Below are positions 25,140-40,500 of a stretch of DNA of 64,000 nucleotides, in pieces; positions within the stretch are counted from its first letter, which is position 1, and each line of letters opens with the position of its first letter. Position numbers and translations under genes: made by a program. Below the pieces are notes generated by a model, which had not been told where the DNA came from, searched no databases, and saw nothing but the letters and a program-made list of their open reading frames with translations. This DNA is from Gonapodya sp. JEL0774 (Eukaryota). The DNA is taken from positions 1 through 64,000 of the forward strand of contig JADIIX010000043.1 in the NCBI GenBank assembly GCA_027604505.1. The letters run 5' to 3'.

Positions 25140-27025
25140 ATGGCACCACCGGACACGGCTGGAGATCTTCAGCCTCAGGAATCGCACGAAAACAGCGGAA
25201 TTCCTCCTCCAGCTCACCCCCTGCAACCACAACGCCTGCCTGATGCGAAAGTTCTCGACCGACCTCTACCCCCGTCAACTGAATTGAAGCTTTTTACCCC
25301 ATATGGTGAGCCTGCTGTCATGATCCATCTGCTTTGCTGGAGTATCGCTGTTTTGTATGTCATCACTACACTGTTGCAGACTTGGGTGATGGGCTTGTCC
25401 TCAAAAATCGGATCTGCTTCGCTCCCTGCACGCGTAGAAGGTGCTCAGATATCGTAAGTCTAAGCTTCACAGTCCCCCGCTCTTATTTTTCACCTTGCAG
25501 GCTTTCTAATTATGGCGTCATCCCAAGCCCGACTATGTTCCAGAACCGTTTGTCGGAAAGTACTATGCTCAGAGGGCTTCGTGTGGACTTCTCATCTCGG
25601 AAGCTGTGGTGAGGGCCTGTGTTTGCTGGAGAAGATGGGAGATAGTCCGCGTGATCGCTTCCCCTTGTCACAGAACATCTCCCATCACGGCGTGGGCTCC
25701 CATAGCACCCCAGGCATATGGTCCGATGAACAAACTGCCCGCTGGGCCGAAATTGTCAAAGAAGTCAAGGATGCCAATGGAGTCATTTTCTGTCAACTTT
25801 GGCACACTGGTCGTCAGAGCCACTCCTACTTCCAATTGCCTGGGAATACTCTCCCGCTTGCACCCTCTGCCGTGCAACCCAAACTAAAAAAGCTTGTCAA
25901 GCCTTTTGGATATGTTGACGTTGAAATGCCAAAAGCGATGACACTTCAAGATATTCAGGAGGCACTCGAGGAGTACCGGCTGGCGGCTGAAAACGCCAAA
26001 CGAGCCGGCTTCCATGGCGTAGAACTGCACGGAGCAAATGGATAGTGAGTCTCCATGCAAATGGCTCGTATGCGCACTGGGAGCTGCCGTTTCATTGGTC
26101 CTCGCACCTGGACAGTCTGGTTGACCAGTTCCTCCAGGACGTCACGAACAAACGTCTTTCGCCCGACCCGTACTCCTTTTATCCCCTTGAAAACCGGCTC
26201 CGCTTCCTCCGAGAGGCATTGGAAGCTTTGCTCACTGTGTATCCCGCGAACCGCGTGGGAGTCCGATTCAGTCCTTACGGTCATGCAGGTGATATGCAGG
26301 ACCACGACTCTAAATTAACTGAGGAAACGTTTAAGGCGGTGACAGAACTGTGCCATGGCATAGGTTTGGCGTACGGTGAGGCATTTACATTTCCCTCCCA
26401 CTTCACTCGCTTCCTTACAACATCCTGCGTGCCTAATCTTGGGGAGATTTTAGTCCACTTTGTGGAACCTCCGAATATGCGTGCGACCGATCACATTGCG
26501 GGGAACAAGGAACAATTTTACGACCCAAATGGACCGTCACTCGACCCATTCCTTGCAGTACGTTGACAAATTTGCTTGTCTCAAAATCCCATCTGGTGTT
26601 TTCTATAACGTGATAATATCGGTGCAACAAGGTCAAGTCATCCACCACTGCACGTATGACCTGCGGATACAAAACGCGTGAACGTGCAGCCATCGATGTG
26701 ATGGATGACCGTGCTGAGTTGGTGGCTGTGGGACAATTTTTCATCTCGAATCCCGACTTGGTTGAGAGATACTGGAATGATTGGGATCTTACGCCGTGAG
26801 TTGAGATATTTTCAAGCTTGGGGAAGGTCGAGTCTTGATCTGAAGGGGCATACATACTTCCGCTCAAGTTGGGATCACGACTATTTTTACAATCCCGGTG
26901 AAAATGGATACACTAACTATCCGACATACTCCATGATAGTTGAATCGGGACTCTCTGTCAAGGACGAGACGAAGAAACTCTTGCAGTGTGGTGACGCCGG
27001 GTGGAAAAAGTTAGCAGCGGCTTGA
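25140..27025 (+). CDS. Old yellow enzyme / NADH:flavin oxidoreductase (alkene reductase)
   Basis: LKNRICFAPCTRRR, TPGIWSDEQ, IFCQLWHTGRQSH, AGFHGVELHGANG|YLVDQFL, ENRLRFL, VGVRFSPYG, FISNPDLVER, GYTNYP. Confidence 0.95.
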
Positions 27026-28063
27026 TTAAACACCTTGAAGAGATTTGAAATCACTGTCAAGGGTGATGGTTCTCTGGCTAATTGACCTTCTACATAACAT
27101 GGAATATGAGGAGTACCAGCTTTTGGATGTGTAAGCCAAGTACCTTAAGTAAGTCCATGACTAGACCTGACTAGACTTTCAATTATACGCATGCAGTAAA
27201 TGAGACAGCGCCGAGAGGGAGTTGCAATGGGGAAGCTGTCAGATTCAAACGCGTGATTTGAGAAAGTATGTACAGCATTCGATCTGCATTTGTGCTTTCA
27301 AAATGAATGACAGTGTGAATGAATCTAGACTGGAAGGTTTTGATTTTCTCTGACGTCCTAGGGATGGTTCTGTGAAGACAAAGAGTGTGACCGTCTGGGA
27401 GCATGCTGCGGATCTCTTGATCATTTTCGGAGGGCTGGCCTTCCTGCCCAAGAGGCACAAAGTCGCCCAGTCCCTTCTGAAACAACATTTTATTCCGAAG
27501 AGCCGCCATCGGGAGCTCCAATTTTTCCAGAGCGACGAGCGAGCGCACAAACTGCGCATTCCGGACGACGGGAATCGGAGGAGAGCGGTGGTTTCTAAGT
27601 GAGTTGAGTCAATTGCGGAGACGTTTGGGAGAGGGATGGAGTGAGAAAAGCAGGGTGATTTTAGAGGTGGAAGATAAAATTAGATGTAAGGTGATTGAAG
27701 GGCATATTGTGTGCAGAACCAAGGAGTTTGATATGTGGAAGGCGTTGGGAGTTGAGAATGGGAGTCTCATGATTGTCACGGACGCACAGTACAAGCGGAT
27801 ACAAGGACTGGGTTGGGCATAAAGCTACCCTTGGGGAGATACTTAAGAATGCTGGAGCTTTAAAGAGCTGGCGGAGTGGTGGAGTGCCCATATTGGCAGC
27901 CACGGAGACCTTGTGGTGGGCGCTGAAGGCCCGTTTCCTCTGCTCCCCCTCTCTTGTACTCCTCCTGCCCCCGTGTCTGCCTGCGCTTTGCTCTCAACTT
28001 GTTGTGCCTCTGTTATAATCACCCTTTCCTGGAACCGTCCTCTGAGGCTATCAGCCTGTTCAG

Positions 28064-31000
28064 ATGACCATCACGACTCTCCGATCATCTGTTGCGTCTT
28101 CCACGCCAAACCCCGTGAATGGCCAGGCTGCTTCCTACCTTGACACGAAGGACCCACGAAGGGACCAGCAGGACGCTGCCGCCATTGACTCCGCAGCTCG
28201 CGCGCCCGTTTCAGCAATAAAGGCTGCATGGGAATCTCGGATTACGGCAGACTCTCGCGTGCCCGCGCCGCCGTTGCGCGGACCCGCCTCAGCTACCTCT
28301 TCTGGAGATGACCCTACTTCAGCCACGTCCCCCTATCCTTCGAACCCGACCGCAATCTCAGCACATCCCCCCTTGGACTTTGTTCGGCAACGAGCTGCAG
28401 CTGTAGAGTCTCTAGCTATTGGCCGTGGCGGTGATTCGTCTTCCTCTGCTGGCGGAGGCACCACTCGGCACCACCAACGGACCAAGTCTTCCTATGCGCC
28501 ACCTTCCTCCTCTTCCAGCTCCACTGCACCCGCTGCAGAAACATTTTCAAGCTCTGGTGCCGGCCCTGGCACTGGTCGGGCCCGCTCAAAATCCTTTGTG
28601 CAATTAGGGGGGGACGATTTGCCTGGACTTCAGGGCGCTAATGGGCGTGGGGCTGTTGCTGACGATTCGGGCCCCCCCATGACGCCTCCGCTCAGTGCCA
28701 CCACCGCCTCCCCTCCAACCTCCGCAGCACCAGTACCCCCGAATGTTTCCCTTCCGTCGTTCTTTTCTCGTGGACGCAACTCTGGTATTTCTCTCAATCC
28801 GTCGGATCGTGTTATAGGCTCCCCGTCCAGCACACCCACCTCTTCGACTCCGACGTCCTCGCTCGCCGCTCCTGGTTCTAGGGGATACGCCCCACGATCA
28901 CCGTCTGCCGCTCCTCAGGGTCGTCGTGTCCCGGGCCCACAGGATATTCCGCGCTCGGCTTCTCCTGGGGTTGGCCCAGCGTTATCCGCCGCAAACGGAG
29001 CTGGGTTGATGGGTGGAGGTGGTGGGGGATCAAGACTCTCTATTATGGGCATGTCCAGTTTGGCAGTCGGAGCAGGCATCAATGAACGAGTTGGGCCGCC
29101 GCTCGCAACGCCCCCCAGCTCTGGGGGTTCACGGGGACAACCATCTCCTAGACGAAGTAATGACATTCGGACATCTACGGATACCCCCCGACAGGAGAGG
29201 ATGTCGATGGATTCTCGGGAGAGGGACTCTGACCGAGATCGCCGAGAGCGCGACAGTGCGTCAAGTCCTATGCCGCGGGGACCGGGATATTCCACACCTA
29301 CACCCACACCCACCAACGCAACTCCGGCTTCCACAGCGTCTCCAAGTTATAACCGCCGGAACAGCATTGCACCCCCCCCTGCATCACCTACTTTATCTAG
29401 TCCCGCCGCAGTACCTTCGACAGCTTATGCCCGTCGCGGAAGTGTGGCGCCGAGGCCAATGTCCGTTGCCGGTGGGTTAGGGAACGGCACTGGAGGCAGG
29501 CCACTGTCGATAGTCGGCGGAATGGCGACCGCAGGAGGACGGCCTTTGTCGATTGCTGGCGGTATTGGTATGAACCATGCTCCCCCTTCCCCCGCTGCAT
29601 CAAATTTCTCGGCTGGAGCGTGGGCAACCGGTCTGGCGAAGCCAGCAGTGATGGGTGGTGAGTTTGAGGACAGAACAAGGGAGGAGGACGAACAAGAAGA
29701 AGAGAGTGAGGATGAGGAAGGAGATGAGGAGGACGAAGACGAAGATGAGGAAGAGGAGCACCCACCTCGACGAGGACAAACGCGCACCGCACCGACTCCA
29801 GTCCCAACCCCCCCTCCCACGGCACAACCTCTCCGCTCCTCACTTCGCCAACCCACCTCGTCACCCCAACCTCCACGCCAAACGACTGTGCCGGTTTTGT
29901 CAGCGGCACCTATCGGACGAAACAGTCCGGCCCCCAGTTTGACAAACAACCGGGGACAAAGCCCTGCACCTGGGACACTACCGGGAAGAGCTGCCATGGC
30001 TTCTGCAATGGCCAGGGCTGCAAGCCCCGCTCCAAATGTAGGGGAGAGAGATAGGGAAAGGGACGGTGGCAGGGACCGAGATAAAGGCGGATCAGCTACT
30101 GCAAGGTCAAGGAGCCAGGCCAGGATTGTGGGACCGGGAATTTCGGGCAGTGACAGAGAGAGGGAACGTTCGTTGACAAGAGGTGCGGAGCAACAACGAG
30201 AGAAAGAGCGGTTTCAGAGTCGGGGTGGAGATCGAGATACCTTCAAAGACAGAGATCGATCGGAATTTGAGCCTCGTGAACAGAATCGAGAACGAGAGCG
30301 TTCACAGGTCCGCGGAGGGCGCGACCGAAGCCGTGATCGATCGCAAACCCGCGGGAACGAACGAGATAGGGACCGATCACAGACTCGCGGGAATGACCGG
30401 GACCGGGATCTTCGGTCAACGTCACCTGGGGCAACTGGCGTCCGCAACCGTGACTCCAGTTCCTCCATTGGTACGTCTGCCTCTGGCATGTCAGGCATTT
30501 CCGGCTTCACAAGCGGTGGCAACGAAGAGCTTGTTGATGACCGGAAGTGGCAGCAGCGGCGCGGAAGCAAAGATGAGGAGGAAAGCGGAGAGGGTTTGGA
30601 GGTTAATGACGTCTTCTCCACAATGTTGGAAAGTTTATCGCTAGAGGAGGCAATTTTAGAAGCCAAGGCAAGCAGAAAGAAGAAAAAGATGGGTTGGGAA
30701 GAGGTAGAGAGAGGGAAGAGAGAGGTAGAAGCCGGAGAGAGTCAGGTGAGTCGGCATGGTCGTAATTCCACTCCATCATCACTCAATCCAACGTCCCTTC
30801 GCAAATCATCACCATTCGTACCTCTTCAGCTTACCTCTTTGCATTCTCTCCTGTCCACTGCGACTAGGATTCGCGACGCTACTGCTCAGCTGCACGGAGT
30901 TGACCTAGCTCAATTTGCGGAAAAAGGATACCCTGCGAATATTGGAGACAAGGCAAAACAGGAAATCGAACGTGCGGAACAGGGTGTGAGAGAAATCGAA

Positions 31001-34000
31001 GAAAGGGTGTGGGAGGTACGTTTGGAAAATCAATGAGTGGTTTGTGGGGAGCAGAAAACCAATCGGTTTCTGCACAGACATCCACCCGAGTCCACGCGAT
31101 CCGCACCCGACTTGCCAATCATACAGCAGCTGTCCTTCATTCTGAGGTCGTACGTCTCCGATCACTCCTCGCTAATTCTCCACCTGAAGCATCGAGGTCA
31201 CTACCAAGTACAGCTTCTCCCGTCCTTGGCCAGGACCAGTCCACACCTCTCCTCCATCGCCTGTGGACTACGCTACCAAATGTAGTAAAGACGGACTTAT
31301 TCACTCCAGAAGGGTTGCTGACAAAGGTCACAGAACTATCCGCGTGGGTTGAGAGTTCTAAACAGGAGGTAAAAGCGACTGCGGCGAGATTGAGCTTGGC
31401 AGAGCAGAGGGCAGTACAAGCTATGCAGGCTGCGGAATTAGGGTCAGCGGAGGTGGAGAAAATGAAGAAGGAATGCAAATTGCTCCAGAGAAAAGTTGAG
31501 GAAGACGAGAGAAGGACGAAGGAGGCAGAAGACAGAGCGGATGACGCACAACAGAGACTGGGGGAGCTGGAGGATATGAAAAAACATTTAGATGAAATGA
31601 GGAAGAGATTAGACGAAGCGGAGATGCGAGCGGAAGATGCAGAAGCGAGAATGGAGGAAGCAGAACTAAGGATCGAAGAGAGTGGTATCGACACTGCTAG
31701 GGAGCTGGAAACTGCTAAGCAAGAAGCGGATAAGCTAAGGAAAAAGATTGAGGAAGCAGAGAAGAGAGCGGTCGAAGCTGAGAGAATGGCAAACCAAGCA
31801 GAGGCGAGAGCGGAGGAGGCGGAAATAAGGGCGTCTAAGAAAGGAGTCGAGCAAGACACGGAGTTGGCGAAGATGACAAAAGAAATGGAAATCTTGAAAG
31901 CGAGGACGGTGGAAATGGAAAGGATGTTAGATGATGCGGAAGCGAGGGCAGAAGAAGCGGAGTTGAGATCTGAGGAACAAACTATGGAGCAAGCCCGTGA
32001 AGTGGAGAGGCTCACGAAAGACATTGAGATTTTGAGGGCGAGAGTTGCAGAAACAGAAGGGATTCTAGAGGATGCCGAGGCCAGAGTGGAGGCGGCGGAG
32101 CAACGTGCTGAAGAAAGGGTGAGTGGTCAATCCAGGGAGCAAGAGAAGTTGACCAACGAAGTTCAGACTTTGAAAGCGAGGCTCATGGAAGCAGAAAGGA
32201 TGCTAGAGGATGCGGAGGCAAGAGCCGAAGAGGCGGAAGTGAAATTGGAGGAAGGAGGGATGGACCAAGCTCGAGAATTGGAGAGGTTGACCCAAGAGGT
32301 AGAACTATTGCGAAATGAGGCACAGGAAGGAGATGTTAGAGAGGCAGAAGCTCGAGCTCGTGTTGAGGACGCTGAAGCTCGAGTTCAGGAACTCGAGGCG
32401 ATGACGAATGATGTAGAACGTTTGCGTGTCGAAATCGAGGAGCTAAAGAAAAGGTTGGAGGACACCAAACGAGAGGAGAGATCATTGCGGGACCAGCTCG
32501 AAGCATCTCAACAGTACGCTGAGGAGCTCGGAAAGCAGGCTGATGAAGCAGACGAGTCCGCTGAACGCTTCCAGATAGAAGCCGAAGAGCAGCGTCGCCG
32601 CGCGGAGGAGGCGGAGGAACGTGCAGCAACATTAGATGACTTGGCGAACAGACTTTCAGCTGCGGAATCCAGGACTCTGCTGACAGCAAAGCAGGCGGAG
32701 GAGGCCGAAGCCGCAGTTACGAGGTACAGAAATGAAGCAGATGCCCAGCGCCAAAGGGCGGAGGATGCCGAGCGATTGGCGACCAATGCCCAGGAACTGG
32801 AGGGTCGATTGCAGGCTGCCCAAGCCTTATCGGCGAAGACAGCGAGACAAGCGGAGGAAGCCGAGGAAGCTCTCGATAGGTTCAGGAGGGAAGCAGAGGT
32901 TCTTCGCCGTCGCGTTGAGGATGCCGAGCGGAAAGCTGGTGCGGGAAAAGACCTCACTGAGCGCTTGCAAGTGGCGGAATCGAAGGTTCTGGAGTTGTCT
33001 AATCAGATTCGAGAGATGGAGAAAGCTATGAAAGAGTATCAAGAGGATGCTGAAGTTCACCGGCTGCGCGCAAATGAGGCCGAGCGACACTCAGAAACCG
33101 CTCGAAATCTAGGGGAGCGGTTGCAAGCATCGGACTCGAGAACGTCTCAAATGGTTCAGCAACTCGAGGAGGCTGAAGCGGCCATCGACGCATCACAGAG
33201 GGATGCTGATTATCTTCGTGAAGAGGCGGCGGAGCTTTCCGACAGGTTACAGGCGGCTGAAAGCATGGTTTCTCAGGCTACCAAGCAAGCTGAAGAAGCA
33301 CAGGCCTTGGTGGAGCGATATCGCATGGAGATGGAAACCCAGAGACGTCAAGCTGAAGAGGCGGACGGCCCCCCTGCTGCCGTCCAAAATTTGAAGGCTC
33401 AACTTCAGGAGGCGCTTGCTGATGCTGAACAAGCCAATCAGATCCTCGATGAAACCGAGAGGGAGCTCAACAATCTCAAGCTAGAAAACGACGCACTGAA
33501 GCAACAGCTGGTGGAGGCAGAAAGGCGGGGCCCGGAGGTTGACGAGGAGTTTCAAGAGCGTTTGCGCATTGCAGAGGACGACGCAGACGAGCTCTCCCAG
33601 AGGTACGAGGAGGCCGAGGCTAAAGCAACTAAATGGCGGAGAGAGGTGGAGACTCTCCGGAAGAAGCTTGAGGAGGTTGAGCGCAATGGAAACTCCGCAT
33701 TCGGAACACACGAAATCGAGGACCTTCAATCAGAGTTGGACATGTGGCAACGAGAGGCCGAGACACTACGACTCAGATTGGAGGAGTTGGAACAGTCCAT
33801 GTCACAGGACGAACTGTTTGCTCGTGCCGAAACTGCCGAAGCCGAGGCAACGGAAGCTATTCAACAAGCGGAAGAAGCGGAGGTCAAGGCGGAGCGCTTC
33901 CAAAGGGAGGCTGAGGCTCTGAGAAGACGACTCGAGGAAACGGAACGCAAGTTGGTCGATACAGAATCAAAGTCTCGTTCTGGGCGGGCAGCAGATATAG

Positions 34001-34973
34001 GAGATTCCCCTCGAGCACAGTCCAGAGGTAAAGGCACGCGAGACCTTTCGACAACGCGATCCGAGGATGGGGAACTAAAATGGAGAAAGCAAGTGGAGGA
34101 AGCAGAACAAAAAGCCGCGCGAGCAGTGGAGGATGCAGAAAATCGCTATAAACGTGAAGTGGAGGAGAGGTACCGCAGAGAGGAGGACTGGAACAAGCGC
34201 ATGTCCGGTATGCTGGAAAAACATCGGTTGATAGAGGATCAGACCCGACAGGATCTTGATGCTGTTAAGGCCGAACTTGCTCAACTTGAGAATCAGAGGG
34301 ACGAGGAGATGCAGGCTGTGGTGGATCGCCTATCTGTGGCGGAGGGTCGCGTCCGAGAGTTGGAGCAACTCAGGAAGTCGAATCCGGACGAACTCTTTTT
34401 GCTGAATGATCAGGTTGCCCTGTTGCAGCGACAAAATACATCCCTCCGATCGCAACTTGCGGCGGCAGAGCTTCGGGATGCATCTCTGCAGCGAGACTAT
34501 GAAGGTGCTATTACCCATGTGACAGAAGCAAACCAACAAATTCAGTCGCTCCAACTTCAAGTTTCGAAGCTGCAGGAGAAATTAACGGAGGCGTCGGATC
34601 GCGTGAGGGAGCTTGAAACCATGGTATTGGAAGGAAGGCAGGACCAAGACGTGCTGACGGACGTGTTTGCACGGTACGAACGCACTCTGGAGGAGATCGA
34701 GGAGGAGAAGAAGGCAGTTGAGCAAGAAAATGAAGACTTGCGAAGGCAAATTGCAGAAGTCCGTGGTCGTGAGCGTGGCCAAGCTTGGCGCAAAGACTCA
34801 AGAAGAAATACTTGGGTCGAGGGAGCACAAAATGGGCAAAGTAGTGAGGTGTGTCTTGTTGAGTTTTGGCTGAATGTCTCACCGTTCTACAAGTCTGATC
34901 TTTACATGTCGTAAATTCTTTTCAGACTCCCGGCTTCTACTTTTATAAGCTGGGTGAAGGGACTACAGCATGA
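28064..34973 (+). CDS. Very large protein (over 2200 aa): low-complexity N-terminus, Uds1-like (up-regulated during septation) domain, long repeat coiled coil
   Basis: Junction region WEEVERGKREV..ATRIRDATAQL..EIEERVWE|TSTRVHAIRTRLANHTAAVL resembles the Uds1 domain. It is followed by about 1250 aa of E/A/R-rich coiled coil in a single exon of about 3.8 kb. 3' end approximate. Confidence 0.75.
31597..32307 (+). repeat. Degenerate 138-bp (46-aa) coding tandem repeat, about 5 units
   Basis: Units of the form LKARxxExERMLEDAEARAEEAE start at 31756, 31894, 32032 and 32170 (138-nt spacing), with a related unit upstream. Confidence 0.8.
32485..33264 (+). repeat. Degenerate 156-bp (52-aa) coding tandem repeat, about 5 units
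   Basis: Units LxxRLqaAes..QAEEAE..RfrrEAE..RrRaEdAER start at 32485, 32641, 32797, 32953 and 33109. Confidence 0.8.
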
Positions 34974-35369
34974 CTTGATGCTTCTGCACTCTAATTGGAC
35001 ATACATTTTACTTTGTGCAATATGGATGAGTTATTTTGTATATCACTCGGACTTTTTTACGAGGAAGTTCCTCGAGAGACTATGTCATTAACGTTATGGA
35101 ATTCAATTTTAAAATAATGGTAAATTTGGATCGTTGTTCTGTCCCTTCTCACCAGATTCATTGGAGCGTATGATTTGCGTATGAACACCCTCGATGTGAA
35201 TATGAAATATATTGGCGGAATTTCTAATGATATCTAATCGTTGTCTATCATTTCTTTGCCCACATGCTGTAATGATAGAAATGTGACGAAGGTTGAAAGG
35301 TAGGGAGTTTGAGGTGAGAACAGGTTTACAACGACAGAAGCTCAATTTCAATCCGCACCTTAGCATCAA

Positions 35370-37221
<1,852 letters not shown>

Positions 37222-37569
37222 TTCGAACGATTTCGTATGGATGTGGGAAGAGAGAGAGAGTTTTTGAGGTGAGACTGGGGTTTGGAACGTTCTTCGAGGA
37301 GTGTTTTGGAGAGGGAGTGAAGATATAAAGGCTTGGCTCGGTGATTTTTTTGTGGCCGCAGCACAAATTCACCGCTTATTTATTGATGGCAGGCGCCCTG
37401 ATGAGCTTACTTTTGCTTTCTCTGAACGATTTCAAACCCTCCCCCGTCGAGATCAAAGCTCGGTTTCACAAGTCTCCCAGCTCTCTCTGACACCGTACAA
37501 GCGTTCCGTGGATTCGAAAGTCGGTCGTCGGACAGCTCCACGCCCGCTGTATATATGTTAGATCATAAG

Positions 37570-40500
37570 CTACAAGATTTTATCACTCGTTGCTAGTACC
37601 TGCCGCGGGGGCGCTGGTTCCTCCTTCTTCCCCGGCGGTTCCACAACAGACAATTGCCTTCTGACTATATTTGATGCTTGCCGCCACAAAGACACTCTCT
37701 CAGACGTTGGAAATGTTTGCAGAAGAAGATTGTGGTCCCTCGTGTTGTTGGTTTGTACGTACAGTATCTGCAATGACTTTCTCCTTGCGTCTGGAATTGT
37801 CAGTTTCAGAGTTCTTTCACCCGAACCCTGTCCTGGGACAGAGCTCTCTGTCTCAGGAGAGCTTGTACGAAGGAAACACTTATTGAGTGTCGTTGTAGTG
37901 GTATCCACTCCCTGATATTCCATCAAATGAACCCTGTGTGGACGAACTTGACGAAGGGTCCAAAACGAAAACTCACTGCGGCCAAGATAACTGCTCGCTC
38001 CGCTGCACTGCTCCCCTTCCCTTCCGTTATGTACAACACACCCCTTCTCCATCGGGACATTGTTCCGATGTACGTCACCTTCTGGTAACTGAATGGAATC
38101 ATTGCCATTCGAAGGTGATAACTGTCTCTTTGCTCTGAAGGGGAGGAGGGGCTTGCGCCCGCAGATACGCTTTGACGAATGCCATCGGGAGAAATCGCCT
38201 GGGGAACAAGGGCCCCAGCTTCAACATCACCGATTCCTGCATTTGAATTTTTCTGCTGACTGTCCTTCGCCGCGGCGGAACTTTCGCTCGAAACTGAATC
38301 CTGTTTCTGGAGATTGAATACTCCGAGAGATGCAAGAGACAATGGCTTCAGCAGAAAATATTGTACCACAAACACAAGCTGAATGCTTAAGATTGGTTGA
38401 GTGTAGAGCTATGAGAATTATGACAAGGTTGACTAAGTGTTATTATCAAATTCCCTTTGGGAACTAGTCTCACCGATTGAAAAGATGGGATGAAGTTTGT
38501 TACCAGAGTCGTGATCTGAACAAGTGCCAAGTCCATTGCGATACGAAGATTTAGACTTGATCTAGTGGACGCAAAGAGTGCTCAGCATCGATCTCTGTGA
38601 GTATTACAATGGGCCATTCGCAGACAACACAAGCTCACTGATCTGCGACGAGTGTTACATTTCTGACCTGTAAACATGATTGGGTTTAAGTAGCAAATTC
38701 AAATATTGTTTTGCGAAGCTCATACCTTATACGTTACCCAAGCTGTCAAACCGATAAAAGTGCAGTTGATCGCATACATTACGCCAACCACCGGGCCAGA
38801 AGCAGGATTAGATTTATCGATGAAGGCGCATTCAAAGGCAAACAGAGTCCGATTTTCTTTCGGGTAGGGCGGTGAGAGAAATTGAAGAAGCAAGAGTAGC
38901 ACCTGAACAGTTCGACCGAATTTCAAGTTTCTATATGGGGAAGTTTATCTTGAAATATGGAGTTCTTACCACTTCGACTCCAACTGCCTGACAGATAATT
39001 CGAATTACATATCCTTCCGATTTGGTATTGGATTTCCAAAGCTTTGGATTGTCGTAGATACAGTAAACTTGGTACATCTTGAAATCAGAAACTTATCAAT
39101 TTCATTCTTGTGGTTCGGAGCAGGCAATCATCCAACTCACTCTTCCAAAAATCGCACCCGTCATAAGCGAGAGCCCTAAAAGCGAGAGAGATGTCTGCGA
39201 CTTGCAAATTGCAGGTGTAGGGTCGCCAACGTAAAAGATTGCCCTAAAGGGTTGATAGTAATCAAGTTCAGGTTCGCAAGAACGACACAAAGGAAATGCA
39301 CTTCAAACTTTTTCAAAAACTTACCCTGCCAATTCGAAAAGGGATCCAAAAATGATTGCGAACACATAAACCGGTCCCATGCTACGGAGCAATGGCGCTC
39401 TCTTGAAGTACAGCACCAACACCAGGACGACGCCGACAGCACCAATAAATGCCAGAGCATACACGAGAGACATGAGTAGGATCCCTTCCCAAGATGTCGG
39501 ACTTATGCTGCGGCTCAGGTTGCACTGCATGCCGTCAGAGGTAATGAGAGTTCCAGGAATTGGGCAACCATCGCGGGCGTCAAAGGTTGGTGGAGGGCGA
39601 TACAGTGACGAGGAGTATGCTTCAGGTAGGACCGAAACCATTTTGCTGTCTTGCCACTGAATTAAAACTCCCTATGAATTTGGATTTGAGATTATCTCAC
39701 ATCAGAAACCATTCCTGTGCTTCGACTTACAGTATGGCCCACATTCCGCTGCTCCCTTGACATGGCCACTGGACCAAAGAACGTCTCCTCTCTCAGTTGA
39801 CTCATAGCGCTTTTCAAATTTACAACTTCGATCACTTGTTCTTCTTTTCGGACTGTCCGCACCTGGATCACTCACACATTTACATCACTTTGGGCAAAGC
39901 TATTGGCGCTTTGGATGGCTTTCTGCAATAAAAGTCCCGCAGCAGAGGCAGATGCGGTAATATACCCTGGAGTTTTTCCTGTGTATGCTGTTATCAGCTC
40001 AACATATTTGGAGGTCGAGCCGAATATGGAGTCAAAGTAGTTGAGTGAGGGGTGCCACTGACTCGGTGCTGATATGTATTCTGCATTGTACTTGCCAACT
40101 CCAATGGGTGGTTCGGAGGTGAAAGTTTCAAATGTTGGTGTCACGGTAGAGAACACTCCTTCAAAGTCAATTCGCAACCGCGCAATTGCTTTGATGATTT
40201 CATTTCCGTCATCCTGTCCGAGCGAAATGACCAAGAGTATTCTGGCCCCGGATTCTCTGATGTTGAGCAGGTGAGTTTCAATCTGGGTCAGTGATTGGTT
40301 GCGGGAAGTCATGTCCGTGGTGGAGAGTGAACTGTAAGTGGCATTGTAGAGTATTGTCTGTCCAAATTGTAGTGCATAAGCCATAGCGGATTGGTATGTG
40401 GTAACTGTGAATGTAGAACCCGTCGAGGCAAGTAACGCGACTTTGGTGACGTTGCGCAACGCGTGGTATTTAAGAAAATTTAATGGGTAATCTGTGTTCC

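Noticed and set aside
31137..32024. Long Ser-rich antisense ORFs opposite the coiled-coil gene (likewise opposite NOT2 and the F-box gene)
   Set aside because: Shadow ORFs caused by biased codon composition on the coding strand.
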